From positions 34,906,001-34,970,000 of the forward strand of contig CM060734.1 of the NCBI GenBank assembly GCA_030704615.1: DNA of 64,000 nt, read 5' to 3'. Positions within the stretch are counted from its first letter, which is position 1. Each line of letters starts with the position of its first letter. The position numbers were made by a program, and so were the translations under genes. The stretch is from Takakia lepidozioides (taxonomy: Eukaryota > Plantae > Bryophyta). The notes beneath the pieces are model-generated. The model was not told the origin of the DNA and ran no database searches. It saw nothing but the letters and a program-made list of their open reading frames with translations. This document shows positions 42,301 through 56,062 of the stretch, piece by piece.

Positions 42301-45300
42301 CTACCACTGCAAGATAGCTTAGGGACCAGAACGCACAATAGTGCGCTAATTATAACATGTCCCGGCCAGTTAGCAGATTGGGGTGAAAGGACAACATGAC
42401 ACCCTCAGCAAAGACTGCACACTCGGAAGCTTGTATCCAATGCTCATGCCGCTTTTTCAATACCCCCCTGTGACATAGTGCAAAAATACGCAATGGAACT
42501 ACCTCCCCTACTGCCAAGTCACACTAGCATCTATGTTGAAGCACAGTATGCCACATGCCAACTACTATGTCTGCAAGAATCCCAACGCCACATCCCCACC
42601 CAAAGGGCATATGTACCCATCATGGTCACCTAATACTATGATCAATGTTTACCTCCACTATTACAAATTATGCGGCAGTAAATAGCCACTCATACAATTG
42701 CGGCCCATCTCCAGGTCCAAATGGCACATACTAAGTGCTTTGTTCAAAGGCTTAATACTACTCATGGTTGTACTCATAAACCCCTTGCTATCCGGTATGC
42801 TCAAGAGCTACACATCTACTGCTCTGCCCCAAAGCCGCACGCTAATTGTTATGCTAAAAACTCCTATAAACATTGCCATGTTGATTTGTCAACATATGCC
42901 CAAGGTTGTGCCCAGTTACATTGGCCAAGCTGCACTGGCACCTCAAAGATTGGGCTCCAACATAGATCTGGGATCACGCTGTACATATTGCAGCAACCCC
43001 AACAGGGCACCATGCATAGGCTCGTGACTTCAACCGATAATATAAGCCCCTGCTCTAGTCAGAGACCGGTAATATCTCTGAAAGTGCACAATCTCTACAC
43101 AGTTCAAGTCAGACTTAGAGAGGTTATGGTAAAGCTGCACAGGGGCATGTGCGATGACTCTGGCACCCAAATCTGCACATCTAATCCCTACTTTGTGAGG
43201 GCCCAATTACAGACCAGGCACACCAAGAGGCCCCATGGCAAACATGATTTCCTTCTCTCAGGTTTGAGAGTGATGCTTGGAGCAAAACCTGAGCTAACAA
43301 TACCCGTTGTGGGGAGTAGCAACACCAGCCAGTGGAGTGGTCTCTGGTGCAAGGCTGTTGCACAAGGTGGCAAATTTCTCAGCCGACTTCCCAAAGCACA
43401 TTGGATTCACATCACCATCAACTATGCAGGTCTGCCAGTCAATGCCCAAAAGCAGCTTCAGTACGAGTACGACAACAGTCGAGAGGCCGGTGCAATGATG
43501 GACAGGCTGGAGGCTTTGGCAACCTATCATCAAATGCTACACAAAAACTTGACTCAATCCCCCGTCAGCTTTATAGGAAGCGCCATCAACATCATTCTGA
43601 AACTACTTTTGGGCAGCATGGCAATATTGAAGCATATATTGAATCTTACATCGTCAAATTCTCTACCCCACCAGGTTCTTACGTCCTCCCCTGTCTATTC
43701 TATAATGTCACCCACTACAATCCTCTGAACACCATCAGAAAGCAGCCCTTCTCTCACATGTATCTCTCCTTCCACGAAGCATACCCTGGTATCATTCCAA
43801 GAGTGCCGGATTGCAACGCTATGATGCAGCAGCAGCACCCTTGCTGATAGTCTCTCACCATCAGGGCCAGCCATGGCCAAGTCACCAACATTACAGCATC
43901 TGGTGGCAACTTTACTGCTGCTCAGGCCAGTCTCATCACGGCATGGATTATGTTTGCAACATGGCAATGGCCACACGACAACCACTACAACCCGAATCTC
44001 ACTCTACCCCAGCCCCTCCTCACCTCGGAGTACAATACCAGCAATACACACTCCAGATGGCAGTTCATTCTACACACTGCCTTGGCGGATCTGGAAAAGG
44101 GCAAAGAGGTCCGTGGCGACATCTTCAGAGCTGGAACTGTACCAACTGTCATTCTGAACAACACCCTGGCGGACATGTATGCAAAATGTGGATGCATCGA
44201 GGATGCAAAGGGAGTGTTTGACACTATGGCTACCTCTCCCCCTTACTTCAGATGCAATCTGCTGCTTTATATGCTTGCTACCTGTATAATGAAATCTCTC
44301 AGTCCACGAGTGTACGTCCCAGCAACTTATGCCCTGCATGCTAGTTTATGTCTGAGTTATGCTGGTTTATGTCCTCTGATCATTTCCCGTCACATATGCA
44401 CTGTCAAGGGTTTCTGGTATGGCATGGCACATCATGAAGCCCGCAACCAACCTCTCCAAGATGTCACAAGTGGCTCTATATAAGTTTCGGGGGACTTACA
44501 CCGAGCTTGGCGCTACCCTCATTTGGAGCCGTACAGACGTCGCACCATGGAGACCCAATTCCCACCCTACCTCCTAGAGTTTCCGCATCCTGAAGTGGCG
44601 AAGCTCTGCCCCCCATCCGCGTGGAGGGAGGTACTGATACACTCTATGTTCTAGGTCTTAAACTCCATCACAACTTCCACTCAGATGGTCATTCACATCG
44701 GCAGCAACTCGCCACTCCGCTACCTTGGCTCTGTTCTTACAGCAATATCACCAGCCTGCTGGTCACATTCCAATCTCAGATTGAGCAACAGGAAGTAAAA
44801 GCTGCCCAGGTGGGCAGAACTAGCACAGAAGCTGGAAAGTTTGCAGCACAGGCAAGCTGATTTTGAAAGGAAGGCAAAGTCAACAGGTGCTCTCATTGAC
44901 AACATTGCCAAGCAATCAACCACAAATATAGTGGAAAACCAGGCCACAGAGTGGGCTGCCCCCATGGAGGCTTTGCTGGCCACAACTCAGAAGACGCACG
45001 TTGAGATGGACTGGCTGACCGCTCTCAACTGGTGCCAGCACTTGGAAGGTGGACTTGGATTCCATGATGTAGCTGCCAACCACAACACCCAAGTGCTTTG
45101 GAGTTGGCAGCAGATGTTGCCCTCCACCCGGCCACAACCGCTTCACTGTCCTTTTACTTCCAGGGAGCACACTCAACCCTCTTCCCTACCCTGGACACCC
45201 CCTCCCCCCTTTATGTTCACAAGATCCACTACTGTGTACATTGAACTACCATCATTCTCTAACTTACTGTTGTTCTGCCTCAGCTGGCTCCCCGACCTCA

Positions 45301-45435
45301 AAGGGCATCCATGTTAGAGGACTGTCTGGGACTTAGACACTTTTACGGGATCTGTGGGGTACCCTTGAATTTTTACACAGACTGAGACCAACAGGAGCCT
45401 TAGGGGTGACAGCAGCGCACTTTAGGGGGGGTTAC
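36369..45435 (+). other. Unclassified A/C-rich mosaic region with long degenerate ORFs, a dispersed ~147-bp (49-codon) repeat and captured fragments; probably TE-derived
   Basis: ORFs of 345, 265 and 335 aa and others have no recognisable domain. The unit AQSL..LLHSL...ATRCYDQKL recurs at ~39030, ~39175, ~39877, ~40858 and ~42030-42200. The region ends in the PPT-like tttagggggggt (45421-45432). Confidence 0.45.
44079..44231 (+). pseudogene. Isolated PLS-PPR (L-S motif) gene fragment
   Basis: ALADLEKGKEVRGDIFRAGTVPTVILNNTLADMYAKCGCIEDAKGVFDTMA aligns without gaps to the L-S motifs of the 17984-21995 gene (e.g. SLAALEKGKKVHADIMKARIQPNTILDNTLMDMYAKCGSIKDAKEVFDNMA). Confidence 0.85.
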
Positions 45436-45590
45436 ACAGCCCGTCACAGCCAACACAGCTCGTCACAGTCCAACACAGCCCGTCACAGTCCGTCACAGCC
45501 AACACAGCCAGTCACAGTCAACACAGCCCGTCACAGTCCAACACAGCCAGTCATAGTCAACACAACCCGTCACAGCTTGACACAGCTGTC
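45436..45590 (+). repeat. Minisatellite of ~9-10-bp units (gtcacagcc / aacacagcc variants)
   Basis: Directly visible tandem array: cacagcccgtcacagccaacacagc... Confidence 0.85.
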
Positions 45591-46149
45591 ACGACCATAT
45601 GGAATGGATAGCAGGACAGGGAACGACTGTGGGGAACAACATCTGTGAATGGAACATGTTAGTTCATGGATGACGGTTAGTGAGGGAAACGGTTAGAACA
45701 ACGGGTAGGAAGATAAAGCCAGGAGCGAGGACTCGAAAAGGATCAATTCTGGGGGATCACTTCTTGGGGGGGACTGCGGACATCACTGGGGGAAATGAGG
45801 CAAAAAGCGCATCTCTGAGCAGAAAGAGGGAGAGCACGGAGTAGGAGGAGGACGATCTGTTGATCCTTAATGAATGCAAGCAGTAGAGTTGTAATGTAGA
45901 GCAGATTAGAGACTCCATGGCTTCAGCCTGATACTTGATAGATATTAATCTGATACATACTTCATACTCACACTGTGTAGAGAGATCTGAGTGAAGCTGT
46001 GGAATGAATGGATGAGTTGATGGAATCCGATAGATTGCTGAAGCAAACTGATACTTAATTACCAACAGTAAGGTAACTAGCTAACATGAATGCGGGAAGG
46101 AAAACAAATAGGAAACACCCCCATGATACACTAGCTGTAGGTCATGACT
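45587..46149. mobile_element. Possible LTR-like segment
   Basis: Begins tgtcacgacc and ends ggtcatgact, an imperfect TG..CA terminal inverted match typical of gypsy LTRs. No TSD. Confidence 0.3.
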
Positions 46150-46979
46150 GATTGTTCTGAGCGGGCTGAGTGCTTAGAGATTTCCAACTCTTCTATCTTG
46201 GAGTTTCTGCCTCGTATAGCGAAGGGATGGGTGAGTAAAAGCCGCGCGACATTTGGCGACCGTACTGGGAGACTGGGTCATGAACAACCAGATGTGACAG
46301 GCATCTGGTGGGATCATGGTGGTTGGAGAATTAAAGAATTTGATGTGAATCAAATTCCTTGTGAAACTGAGAAGGAAAGATTGTCCAAACGATTCTTTCA
46401 GAGGTTCTTGGAATTGCCAGACGGTTGTAAAGAAAACATTCTTAAGAGAGTGCATGATGCTGACCCTGAGTGGGGTCTGGAGAAAGGAGTGATAAAGATT
46501 TATCAGGTGGCCTGTAGAGGAAGAGCACGTTGGTTACCAACACTGGTTTATGTGATCCATTAAGCGAGTAGAGTTTGAAGGCTGGGAGGAAAGAAAGGTG
46601 AATGTTTATACTCATATGCATGAAGAGCTTGTACTGGTAAAGAATTGGATTCCAAAGGATATTTTGTGGATCAAACTCACACCAAGAACAGCTTTCGAGA
46701 CTTGTTTGCCAAATGGTTATATGGTAACGGAGACTTCTAGTATAGCCAAGGGTGCATTGAAGCTTGAAAGAAACCCAGGCATATACGAGAGATATTACAG
46801 AAGAGAGTTTTGGTTATTGCCACATTAAAAGAAATGAAAGACATGGGACATGAGTGATGAAAGAGAAGCTAGACGCCAGAGATATTCAGCAAAAAGAGAA
46901 AGCTATCTAAAAACTAATTATCCATATCTTTGGGAGAGAGGAATAGACATAGGGGAATCATCTGGACCTCTCACACCAT

Positions 46980-47479
46980 NNNNNNNNNNNNNNNNNNNNN
47001 NNNNNNNNNNNNNNNNNNNNNNNNNNNNNNNNNNNNNNNNNNNNNNNNNNNNNNNNNNNNNNNNNNNNNNNNNNNNNNNNNNNNNNNNNNNNNNNNNNNN
47101 NNNNNNNNNNNNNNNNNNNNNNNNNNNNNNNNNNNNNNNNNNNNNNNNNNNNNNNNNNNNNNNNNNNNNNNNNNNNNNNNNNNNNNNNNNNNNNNNNNNN
47201 NNNNNNNNNNNNNNNNNNNNNNNNNNNNNNNNNNNNNNNNNNNNNNNNNNNNNNNNNNNNNNNNNNNNNNNNNNNNNNNNNNNNNNNNNNNNNNNNNNNN
47301 NNNNNNNNNNNNNNNNNNNNNNNNNNNNNNNNNNNNNNNNNNNNNNNNNNNNNNNNNNNNNNNNNNNNNNNNNNNNNNNNNNNNNNNNNNNNNNNNNNNN
47401 NNNNNNNNNNNNNNNNNNNNNNNNNNNNNNNNNNNNNNNNNNNNNNNNNNNNNNNNNNNNNNNNNNNNNNNNNNNNNNN
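46980..47479. other. Assembly gap (500 N)
   Basis: Run of N; ORFs crossing it are artefacts. Confidence 1.
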
Positions 47480-48518
47480 ATTTTTCGAAAATATGTGCGG
47501 CGAACTATCGTTATAATTAGATCACTAAGATTAAGTGGAGTTATTAAGTTATCCGTTAAGGCCAGGGGAGGCACGGTTAGGTTAGGAGTCTTTGATAAGA
47601 CAGGTGAACGTCATGAAGCGGGCCCACAAAGTACAATGCCATAAATAGGGGGCCAACTTCAAAATAGCAAAAAAAACCAGCCCAAATGTGTTTGATCCCG
47701 TCTTCCTCCACGACGCCCTGCGCTGAGACACCTGGATGAGCCTGACGCGGGGCCCATTCTCCCATCCCTTCCGACAACTGGGCACACAAGACCGTGCTAC
47801 AGGCCCCTTTGTTGGCTCTGTCCCAATCTACTTGGATTGAGGCATTGTGGGACTCCTTATGAGCGGGTATAGGGTGCGAGTAATGGAGGTAGGCTGTGAG
47901 ATAGCCAGCCTCCATATATACCTTGATAGGGTAGCCGCGGAGGAGGTTAAAAAAAAAAGGTGACCAGAATTCCCAAAAATGAACTGAAAATGACATTTTC
48001 ATGTTTTTGGGGATGAAAGGACACGTGTCCAAGTTTAGGACTCCAATCAAAAAAAAAAAAAAAAAAAAAACATAATCTAACCAAGAGTAGCACACTATGC
48101 CATGATTGCTCTAGTGGTTATCATGAGTGCTCTTTAAGACTTTCTATTCTAAGAGGTTGTGGGTTCAAAATTGACACACCCTACTTTTTGTAACAAACTA
48201 CAATTTCCCCATTGCCCTAAGATTATTTAGGATTGTTTAGGGTTTCGCATTCATTTTCGAGCTCGTCTTCTTCGTTGTTGCTCTCGTCTTCTGCAACATC
48301 TTGTCGTTTTTCTCCATGACCTGCTCGTACAGTAGGCGACGCACTAAGTAATCTATGGAGCGGCGCAGTTAAGGCGCACATGGGGCGGTCTCATTCTTCC
48401 AAAGGGCATTTTCTTGAGTCTCCAGAGGCGCTCGGATTCCATAGCTACCTTCACCCTCTATCCTTGTTGTTGTAGCAGTTGCTTTTTACATGTCTGATGT
48501 AGCACGAAAGAAGGCAGG

Positions 48519-49856
48519 ATGGTAGTCACAGTGGATGACTTGAACTATGGAATCCGAGATGTTGCCTTTGAGGCGAAGGTGCTGAACAGATATAACACCT
48601 TTGATCGGATTGCCAACAAGACCATGGAAGATCTAGGTTATGCTTACTTGCACTGTGATTTGCTAGATAAGACAGCCTTGACCAAAGTCACTTTGAGAAT
48701 GAAGTTGCCATTTATAGAAATGCTTGAGCAGTCTTTGCAAAAGGGAATGTATGTGAGGGTGGAAAATTTCGAGATGGACTCAAAATCCAAATGAGGTTTT
48801 TGAGAAAGACGATATGTATGTGGTCATAATAGTTGAGTCGACCACAACCGTGTCTTCAATTCCTGCCTTTGAACCTGAGTTGGTTCCCATGTTTTTCCAC
48901 ACAGATTCCATAAGAGAGTTCCGAGCCTCTCTTCAAAGTAGGCATGTATCACCCTTGCTATCATTGTTACTACAGTACGGGGGGGAGGACAAGATACGAA
49001 GGGTGAAAAGCAACTAATGATTGCAGATGGAGCGGGAGAATTTGACCAGGATGTTCTTGCTATGGAGAGGAATTTCAAAACAGAATATGATCAAATCGTG
49101 GAAGCATACAATGCTGGCCAATGTGTTATGGTCTTAATCAAGAATGTTGCAACAACGTCCAAAGGAATAGGCATTGAGGGCAAACCCTACACATTTTCAG
49201 TAGGGTTGTTGATGAAAGCGTTCGAGCTCGTCTTCTTCATTTGCACAACAAATTTACTAGTACTCAGCCCGCAGTAAGAGAGATAAGCTATTATATCTTC
49301 TTTGTTTGTATTGAATTTTTTGCTATCAATTCTAGTTAATCTGTACCTTATTCTAAAATAATGTAATCCCGGATTTTCCCAGGTAATCGGGGTGTTGTCC
49401 ATACTCAGCCCTGCTGCCCCTCCATTTCAGAAAGTATGTGAGCGCTGTCGTGTATCAGATATCACCATCTCTCCGACCGGCGATGTTCATTGTAACGGCT
49501 GTCGTTTGAAAACAAAGGTTCACAAGTCGGGTTTTCTCCGTGCATCCATTGCAACCGACACTGAACCTGTGTTGCTGACCATTGAGGGCAAATGGCTCGA
49601 GGCAATCGTGCATATGGTAGAATCCGAGTTCCTCAATTTCCCTCGTCCAAAACAGGTTCAGCTCCTCAACACAATTTGCATTCGTAGTAAATTTCAGTTG
49701 AGCCTCACATCTGCCCTTGTTGGTTTTCAAGATGACATTCAACAATCAATCCCTAAAACGGAATTTCCTGTGGATTTGGATGTAACCCTTTTGGCAGCTC
49801 GTTCTGGTCCATCGAAAACGCAAACTTCACGGTGTAAAACGCAAACTTCACTTTGA
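48519..49856 (+). pseudogene. RPA70-like ssDNA-binding protein remnant (Helitron-associated)
   Basis: OB-fold-like segments plus a C-terminal Zn-ribbon OB fold (KVCERCR..HCNGCR..FLRASIATDTEPVLLTIEGK). Frameshifted. Confidence 0.65.
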
Positions 49857-52800
49857 TGATCTGGAATCAGTTTCCAATCAGAAAACCTCATAAATACTTG
49901 GTGTTGTTGAAAATAGTTTTTAGTGCATCATCCTTGCTGTTCTCTTCTCTTTGAGATAAGCAGCTTGTGATGTGAAAAACTTTTATATTACAATTTTGTA
50001 GCCTTTACTATAGTATTTTTCCCATTGTTGTTTTCAAGGTACAAAGAAATGTTTCGTAATACATATAGTTTTCATTCGTAAATCAGTTCTTTGTACATGG
50101 TGGTTTTCACATCATCATATGTGATCAGTTTTCAACAATTCAAATGATATTCTAAGCGGTTATATGCACAAAGCGGTTTTTATGTAAGCGGTTTCTATTA
50201 AATGGTCAAACTTATTCAAACCCAATCTTTATTGACAAAATACAATTCATATTTACATTCATTTTTTAATTGGTGACCGGGCAATATTTCAGTTCTCAAT
50301 CTAGTATCCAGTTTTCAAATCTAGTTTTCAAAATTTAAATCTAGTTCTTACATCTATTTAATTAAGATTCATAATATTGGGCACAATTACACCGGATCTT
50401 CTTCTTCATTCTTCATTTGACCATGTCTTACATTCATCCGGACTTTGTCTGGTTTCAACATATAAATATGAAGTGGGAAATTGTCTATTTGATTCTATTT
50501 CTTATCTATTACATAATGAAATATTATCTCTTCAATTGAGGCAAAATATTATGACATATTTAAGTCAATGTTTATTATTAAATACAGAGAAAGCCCAACA
50601 ATGTCGCATTCAAGAATTGAATCCAGATTTTTTGCTTGATTGCAGTCTTAAATGAACATAAATAAGTGACAAAAATGTCACAAAGTGCTATGATTGGAGG
50701 TTTGTGGGGAGATTTCACTGCAATTTTCTGGATAGCAGAATATTTACCAAGGCCAATTTACATTTGGAATAAAGTATCAAAACGTATAATGTCTCGATGT
50801 GAAATGGATTTTCAATCTAGCCCCTTACATATAGCTTACAATGCTCAACATTTTGAACCAATTGAGTATGCCAATGATGCACCTACGTCTCTACCTTTTT
50901 CTCAAATAAATGATCCTCAAGTAATCATAAATTTGGATGAATTTCCATCTCTCTTAGAATCAACAACACAACAACCATCTAGACAATCTCCACAAGCAAA
51001 TTTACGTTTCACTTGGAATGAAAAATTAGACTCTACATGGAGCTTTTGAAAAATAATTCTACTTCATAATTGGATTATATTGCCTCACTATTCAACATTT
51101 TTTGCAATACAAATATTACCCAAAAACAAGTTAAAAACCGTATTCAATATATATTTTTAAAAATAAAACGGGTTGCAAATACCAGTGTCCCTCAGGTTTC
51201 ATCTTCACCATTACAATTTCCATTCCAACAAGTCAACAAATTCCTAATATACAATTGTCACACAACCATTACTTCCAATCCCACATAAGAAAAATTATAT
51301 ATATATATATATAATTGATTGGACACTTTATGACAACAATGTTTTTTGAATTATTACAAACTTGTCCAAATCTATCTTACTCTACAAAAGCATCCAAATT
51401 CATTAACATGTTTCTAAATATTAAAAGAACAATGTCACAAATTATTAATCACATGAAATATTTGTATATTACAAATTCAAGTAAATTTGTCACAAATACC
51501 AGTGTCCCTCAGGTTTCGTCTCCAGCCATTTTAATTTCCATTCCAACAAGTCAACAAATCCCTAGTATGCAATTGTCACACTCCTCTCCACCCAATATTT
51601 CCAACCTCACACAGAAAAGAAAAAGATAATATTTTGATGGGGCACTTTATGACAACAAATTTTTTTACTTATTACAAACATATCCAAATCTACCTTATTC
51701 TACTAAAGCATCCAAATTCATTAACATGTTTCCAAATATTAAACGAACAATATCACAAATTATTCATTATATATATATATATATATTGCATAAATTTGTC
51801 ACAAACAACAAAGTTCAATCACCATATATTGAATTCACTTCGGATGAGATCAAACAACCACCTCATGTGCAACAGCATACTGAAACAAATGAATATGCAC
51901 ATAAATCAAATATAAATTGATATCTATAATGAACAAATTCAAGATGTTCCTATAATTCCCAGTTTTTGTTGTGAAAGGTTGTGCTTTTTAAAACAATTAA
52001 AATTTCTTTCAAAAATATTGTCAAAAAAAATTCCGTATACTTTCAAATTCAAATAGACCCTATGCATATGTACAAGTTGTTTACATAACATTAATGAAGA
52101 TAAACCGCCTTTGTATGAGGTACCAAATAAAATTTCTAGAAATAAAATCATTCTATCAGTCCAAAAACTAACACAATTAGAAGAACATCTTATTCGCCAC
52201 GTCTTGCTTTTGCTCAAATTTATAAACTTCATGGTTATGGACAATATAAAATGTATGGCAGTATTATCAATGTTCCTGCAAATGTGGATCAAACTCAATC
52301 TATATTACCACATCTACCATATGATGAAGCAACAATAGGTCTATTCCTCAAGCGACGTCTTGAATACAAATCACCTTATATGTTGAGAAATATTCGTCCA
52401 AACTTGGTTATGCTCGCTCTACGAGATTTAATTGAAACGCCATTGTACAAAAATTTGAATGTTACTATTCACCATCAATGGGAAAGTTTGTTTGCCTTGC
52501 GTATACACTCAGAATCTCAAACTCACAGTTCAACATCTGATAATTCTGATTCTGACAACGATGAAAGAAATTGTACATCAGCCGACTCCATGATACATAT
52601 TTTTTTAGACGCTCCAAAAATAATGGACTACGAAAATGATGTATATTTTGTTGCTCCAAGTCAAAACTTTCATCCCTCAGGTTTATTTAAAGACGAGCAC
52701 TCGAAAGAACTAAATTTTCCAACATTATTTTATGGCCATCCTCGACTAAGTTCTGGAAGGTCTCCATATCAACAAATAGCACAATGGGAGCTGCTCCACA

Positions 52801-53846
52801 AATCTGGTGATTTTTCGACCAATATTTCAAACCTTTTTTGCAAAGCCACTAAAGTTTCAATCCAGAAGGTCATAGGTTCAGGTTGGGTGCGAATACAAAA
52901 AGGGAAACTAAGTGGAAGAACATTAAAAGCTTCTCAAGTACGGGATAAACCAAACTTGGACCAAATTTTTAAATCATACCTAGGCTATTGTGATTTGGAA
53001 AGCTTACGCACTTCACCTGATTATTTAGAAGGCTTGCGTAAGAATATATTTGCAATGATTTGACAGCTCGGTCCTCCAACATTCTTTGTGACTTTTACAT
53101 CTGCTGAAACATTATGGGGGATCCTCTCATTAAGGCTTTACTCACTTTACATGCTAGAAGACTAAATCTCCCAAATAAATGCCCGGATGGGGGGAGGGTA
53201 ACTGCTCATATAGCACAATTGATCCGAACTGACCCCATAACATGTGCAAGATACTACGATCATAAAATGTCTTCATTTCGTAAACTTATGACAAAAGATG
53301 AGACTCTTTTTGGGTTCGTTTCTGATTTTTTCTTTGTCACAAAATTCCAAAATCGCGGTAGTGAACATGACCATGGACTTTTATGGATTAAAAACGCGTC
53401 TAGATATGGAACACACACTAATAGAAATTGAACAATTTGTAGATATGTATATTTCTTGTGATGTATCATTATTACCAAATGCATTACAAAATGCCCAACA
53501 ACATCAACATACACGTACATGTAAGAAAAAAAAACCATCTTGTTTGTAGATTCCATTATCCATTACCTCCTATGCCCGAAACATCCTAGAACCACTTGAA
53601 TTGAATGGTAATTCTCCATTTTCAAAACAATATCTACAAACACAAGCAAAAAGAAATATTTCAATCTTTGAAAGATTTAAAAACAAATGATGATATAACA
53701 TTTTCTGAATTTCTAAAAAACTTAAACCTCGACGAAAACACATATATATTAAGCTTAAGAAGTGAATTAACAAAACCACACATTTTCTTAAAACGAACTC
53801 CGGCAAACATAAAACCAATGCATTTGGTATACGTGGTGCTCATTTG

Positions 53847-56062
53847 ATGTTAGACCATGTTTTTTGACATTGGTAGGATCAAATATTAGTTCATCCAGTG
53901 ACAATCCTTGCGAGCGATGGATTGTTCTTGCTGCTGCAAGTTGAATTGGAAATTGTATTCTTGTTATGGTATGTGATTGCGTTTTATCGACTCTTATATC
54001 TTTGATAATAGGTTCAATTGGTGTCCATTGAGATTCAATGTCGTTAGTGAACAAATAATTAAATTTTTCTCTTGTTAGTATTCCAATCTTAGAGTTTTGA
54101 AATGCTATCCATATTATGGTTTTGTCACAATATGTTGTTGATACTTTAAATATGCCGTCAGCTCCATTCACAAGACCATCAGATGTTGTGTAATTTCCAA
54201 CACATAATTCTACTAACATTATTATTTTTATATGAATTGCAGAATGCAAACCTGCGGTTTTGCTTGGATCGTTTGGAAGTTTGTAAGATGGCGGACATGA
54301 TGAATGATGATGTCCGTTGCTTTGAAAACAAATGTGGGACCTGATGTATTAGCGAACACAGTTTCATTGTGTTTTTGTAAGAATATATATGTATAAAACA
54401 AATATGGAATGGTGAGATCTTTGGGTGGTTGTCGATAACAAATTGAATTTATGAATTGTATATCTTCTATAGTTTGTACTGATGTACGGAATCTATTCAA
54501 AGTTTCTAATAAAGACATATCAGATTGTCTCATAACTTTGTTTAGTTCGTAGCATTGGACATTTGTTTGCCAAAAATTTGGTGCTAATGCGTTAACATTG
54601 TCATTTACGTTTAAAAATATCCAACTATCTTTCACGGGGGATGCTTGATAAAAATCGCCTCTCGTGATCATATCAAGATTACCAAAGAATTTATTTTGTA
54701 TATGTTTTATGGACCTTAGTCGATTGTCTATAACATTTAACATTCTAGCACCAACAAGTGATATTTTATCTATCACAACAAGTTGTAATTGTTCATATTG
54801 ACATGTAAGTTTATTTAATGAGTCTGATGATAGGTTTGGCAAATTTGATAATGATTGTTGGACAGGTATGTTTAATGCGGAATGTATAGTCAAACCATCA
54901 ATATTGAATGCAGCTTTACATGTGGATGCCATGAGCAGAGCTTTGGTTTTCATTAGGTCTGAGGATATATCTTTATAGTATAATCGTAATAAGCCTTGAA
55001 TTATAAGTTTCAAAGTAAAAGTTTTACCAGTTCCAGCACCCCCCGTGAGAAACAAGCAAATTGGTGAATCAGGGTGCAATTGTTTCCTATGCATAATATC
55101 GTCAAAGATTAGTCTTTGTTCTTCATTTAATTGTCTAACTAAACTACAATATTCATATTCGTCCATCATCATGGAATAGTCGGTTTTTGTAAAAATGTCA
55201 TCTTCCGACGTTTGCGACTTTTTATTATTTAATCCAGTGGAATTACAAAATCGGATCGTAAATCATATTGTTCAATATTGATTGTGTTTGTAATGGGGAT
55301 TGAAGCATGTAAATTATTCAACTCACAATCCATGTCGTCATTCCAAATATTAAATGTATGCGATGATCTAGGTTTTCTTAAATCATCTACTTCCTCTATA
55401 TCTGGATGTGACATTTTGTAGCTGAAAATAGATCTAATTTTAGAAATTTCATCTTGCACTTGACGATATGCATCATGCCATGTGATATTGGTTTGAAGTT
55501 GGGAATTTTCTGAGCCTCTGAATGGTGAATATAATAGAAGTTGTTCTCTTGACCAATTTTCAATATCTTTATGTTTGTTATAGTTAACAAACCTGATAAT
55601 TTTGGGTTTGCGACATTTCGAGATTTTATTGTTTTTTATGTTCATAAAAGAGGCAAACTCAGCTAATGAGAATGATTCATAATAAGTAGCCCGGTTAATA
55701 TATTTATCTACAATTGATGAACACATAATATCAGTTGAATCTGGTTCTAGTTGATTCAATGCGGCTTGTGGTTTTAACACAAAAACACGGTCTTTATAAG
55801 GAGAAGTGTTGATAAATTTAAAAGTTTGAGATGAATGATATAACGGTAAAGAAAGCACAAGATAAGCAGCAAGTTGAGCAGACATTTGTTGAGCATTAAG
55901 AAAAGCGTTGCCCAATTTTTGAATTCTTATATTTGCATCTGTTTTATCTGCGATGCATTTTTGTATGATAGAATGTAATTCCGATGTTACTGACTTTTCT
56001 ATTTTTGTCATATATGACGTGCAGTATGTTGCAGCTGCATATGGATCCAAAATAAATTGAGC
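53847..56062 (-). pseudogene. Inverted segment of the Rep-Hel ORF (Rep motif 3 through PIF1 helicase)
   Basis: Minus-strand ORFs 55229-56146, 54228-55172 and 53788-54249 encode QFILDPYAAATY and PIF1 motifs. Flanking plus-strand sequence supplies the preceding Rep part and the following ALSRIRTKEKLFLL. Confidence 0.85.

Noticed and set aside
45436-45590. Short repeats that could be mistaken for a CRISPR array
   Set aside because: No unique spacers; it is a simple minisatellite in eukaryotic DNA.
46850-47644. Long ORFs of 196-264 aa spanning 46.9-47.6 kb
   Set aside because: Artefacts of translating through the 500-N gap.
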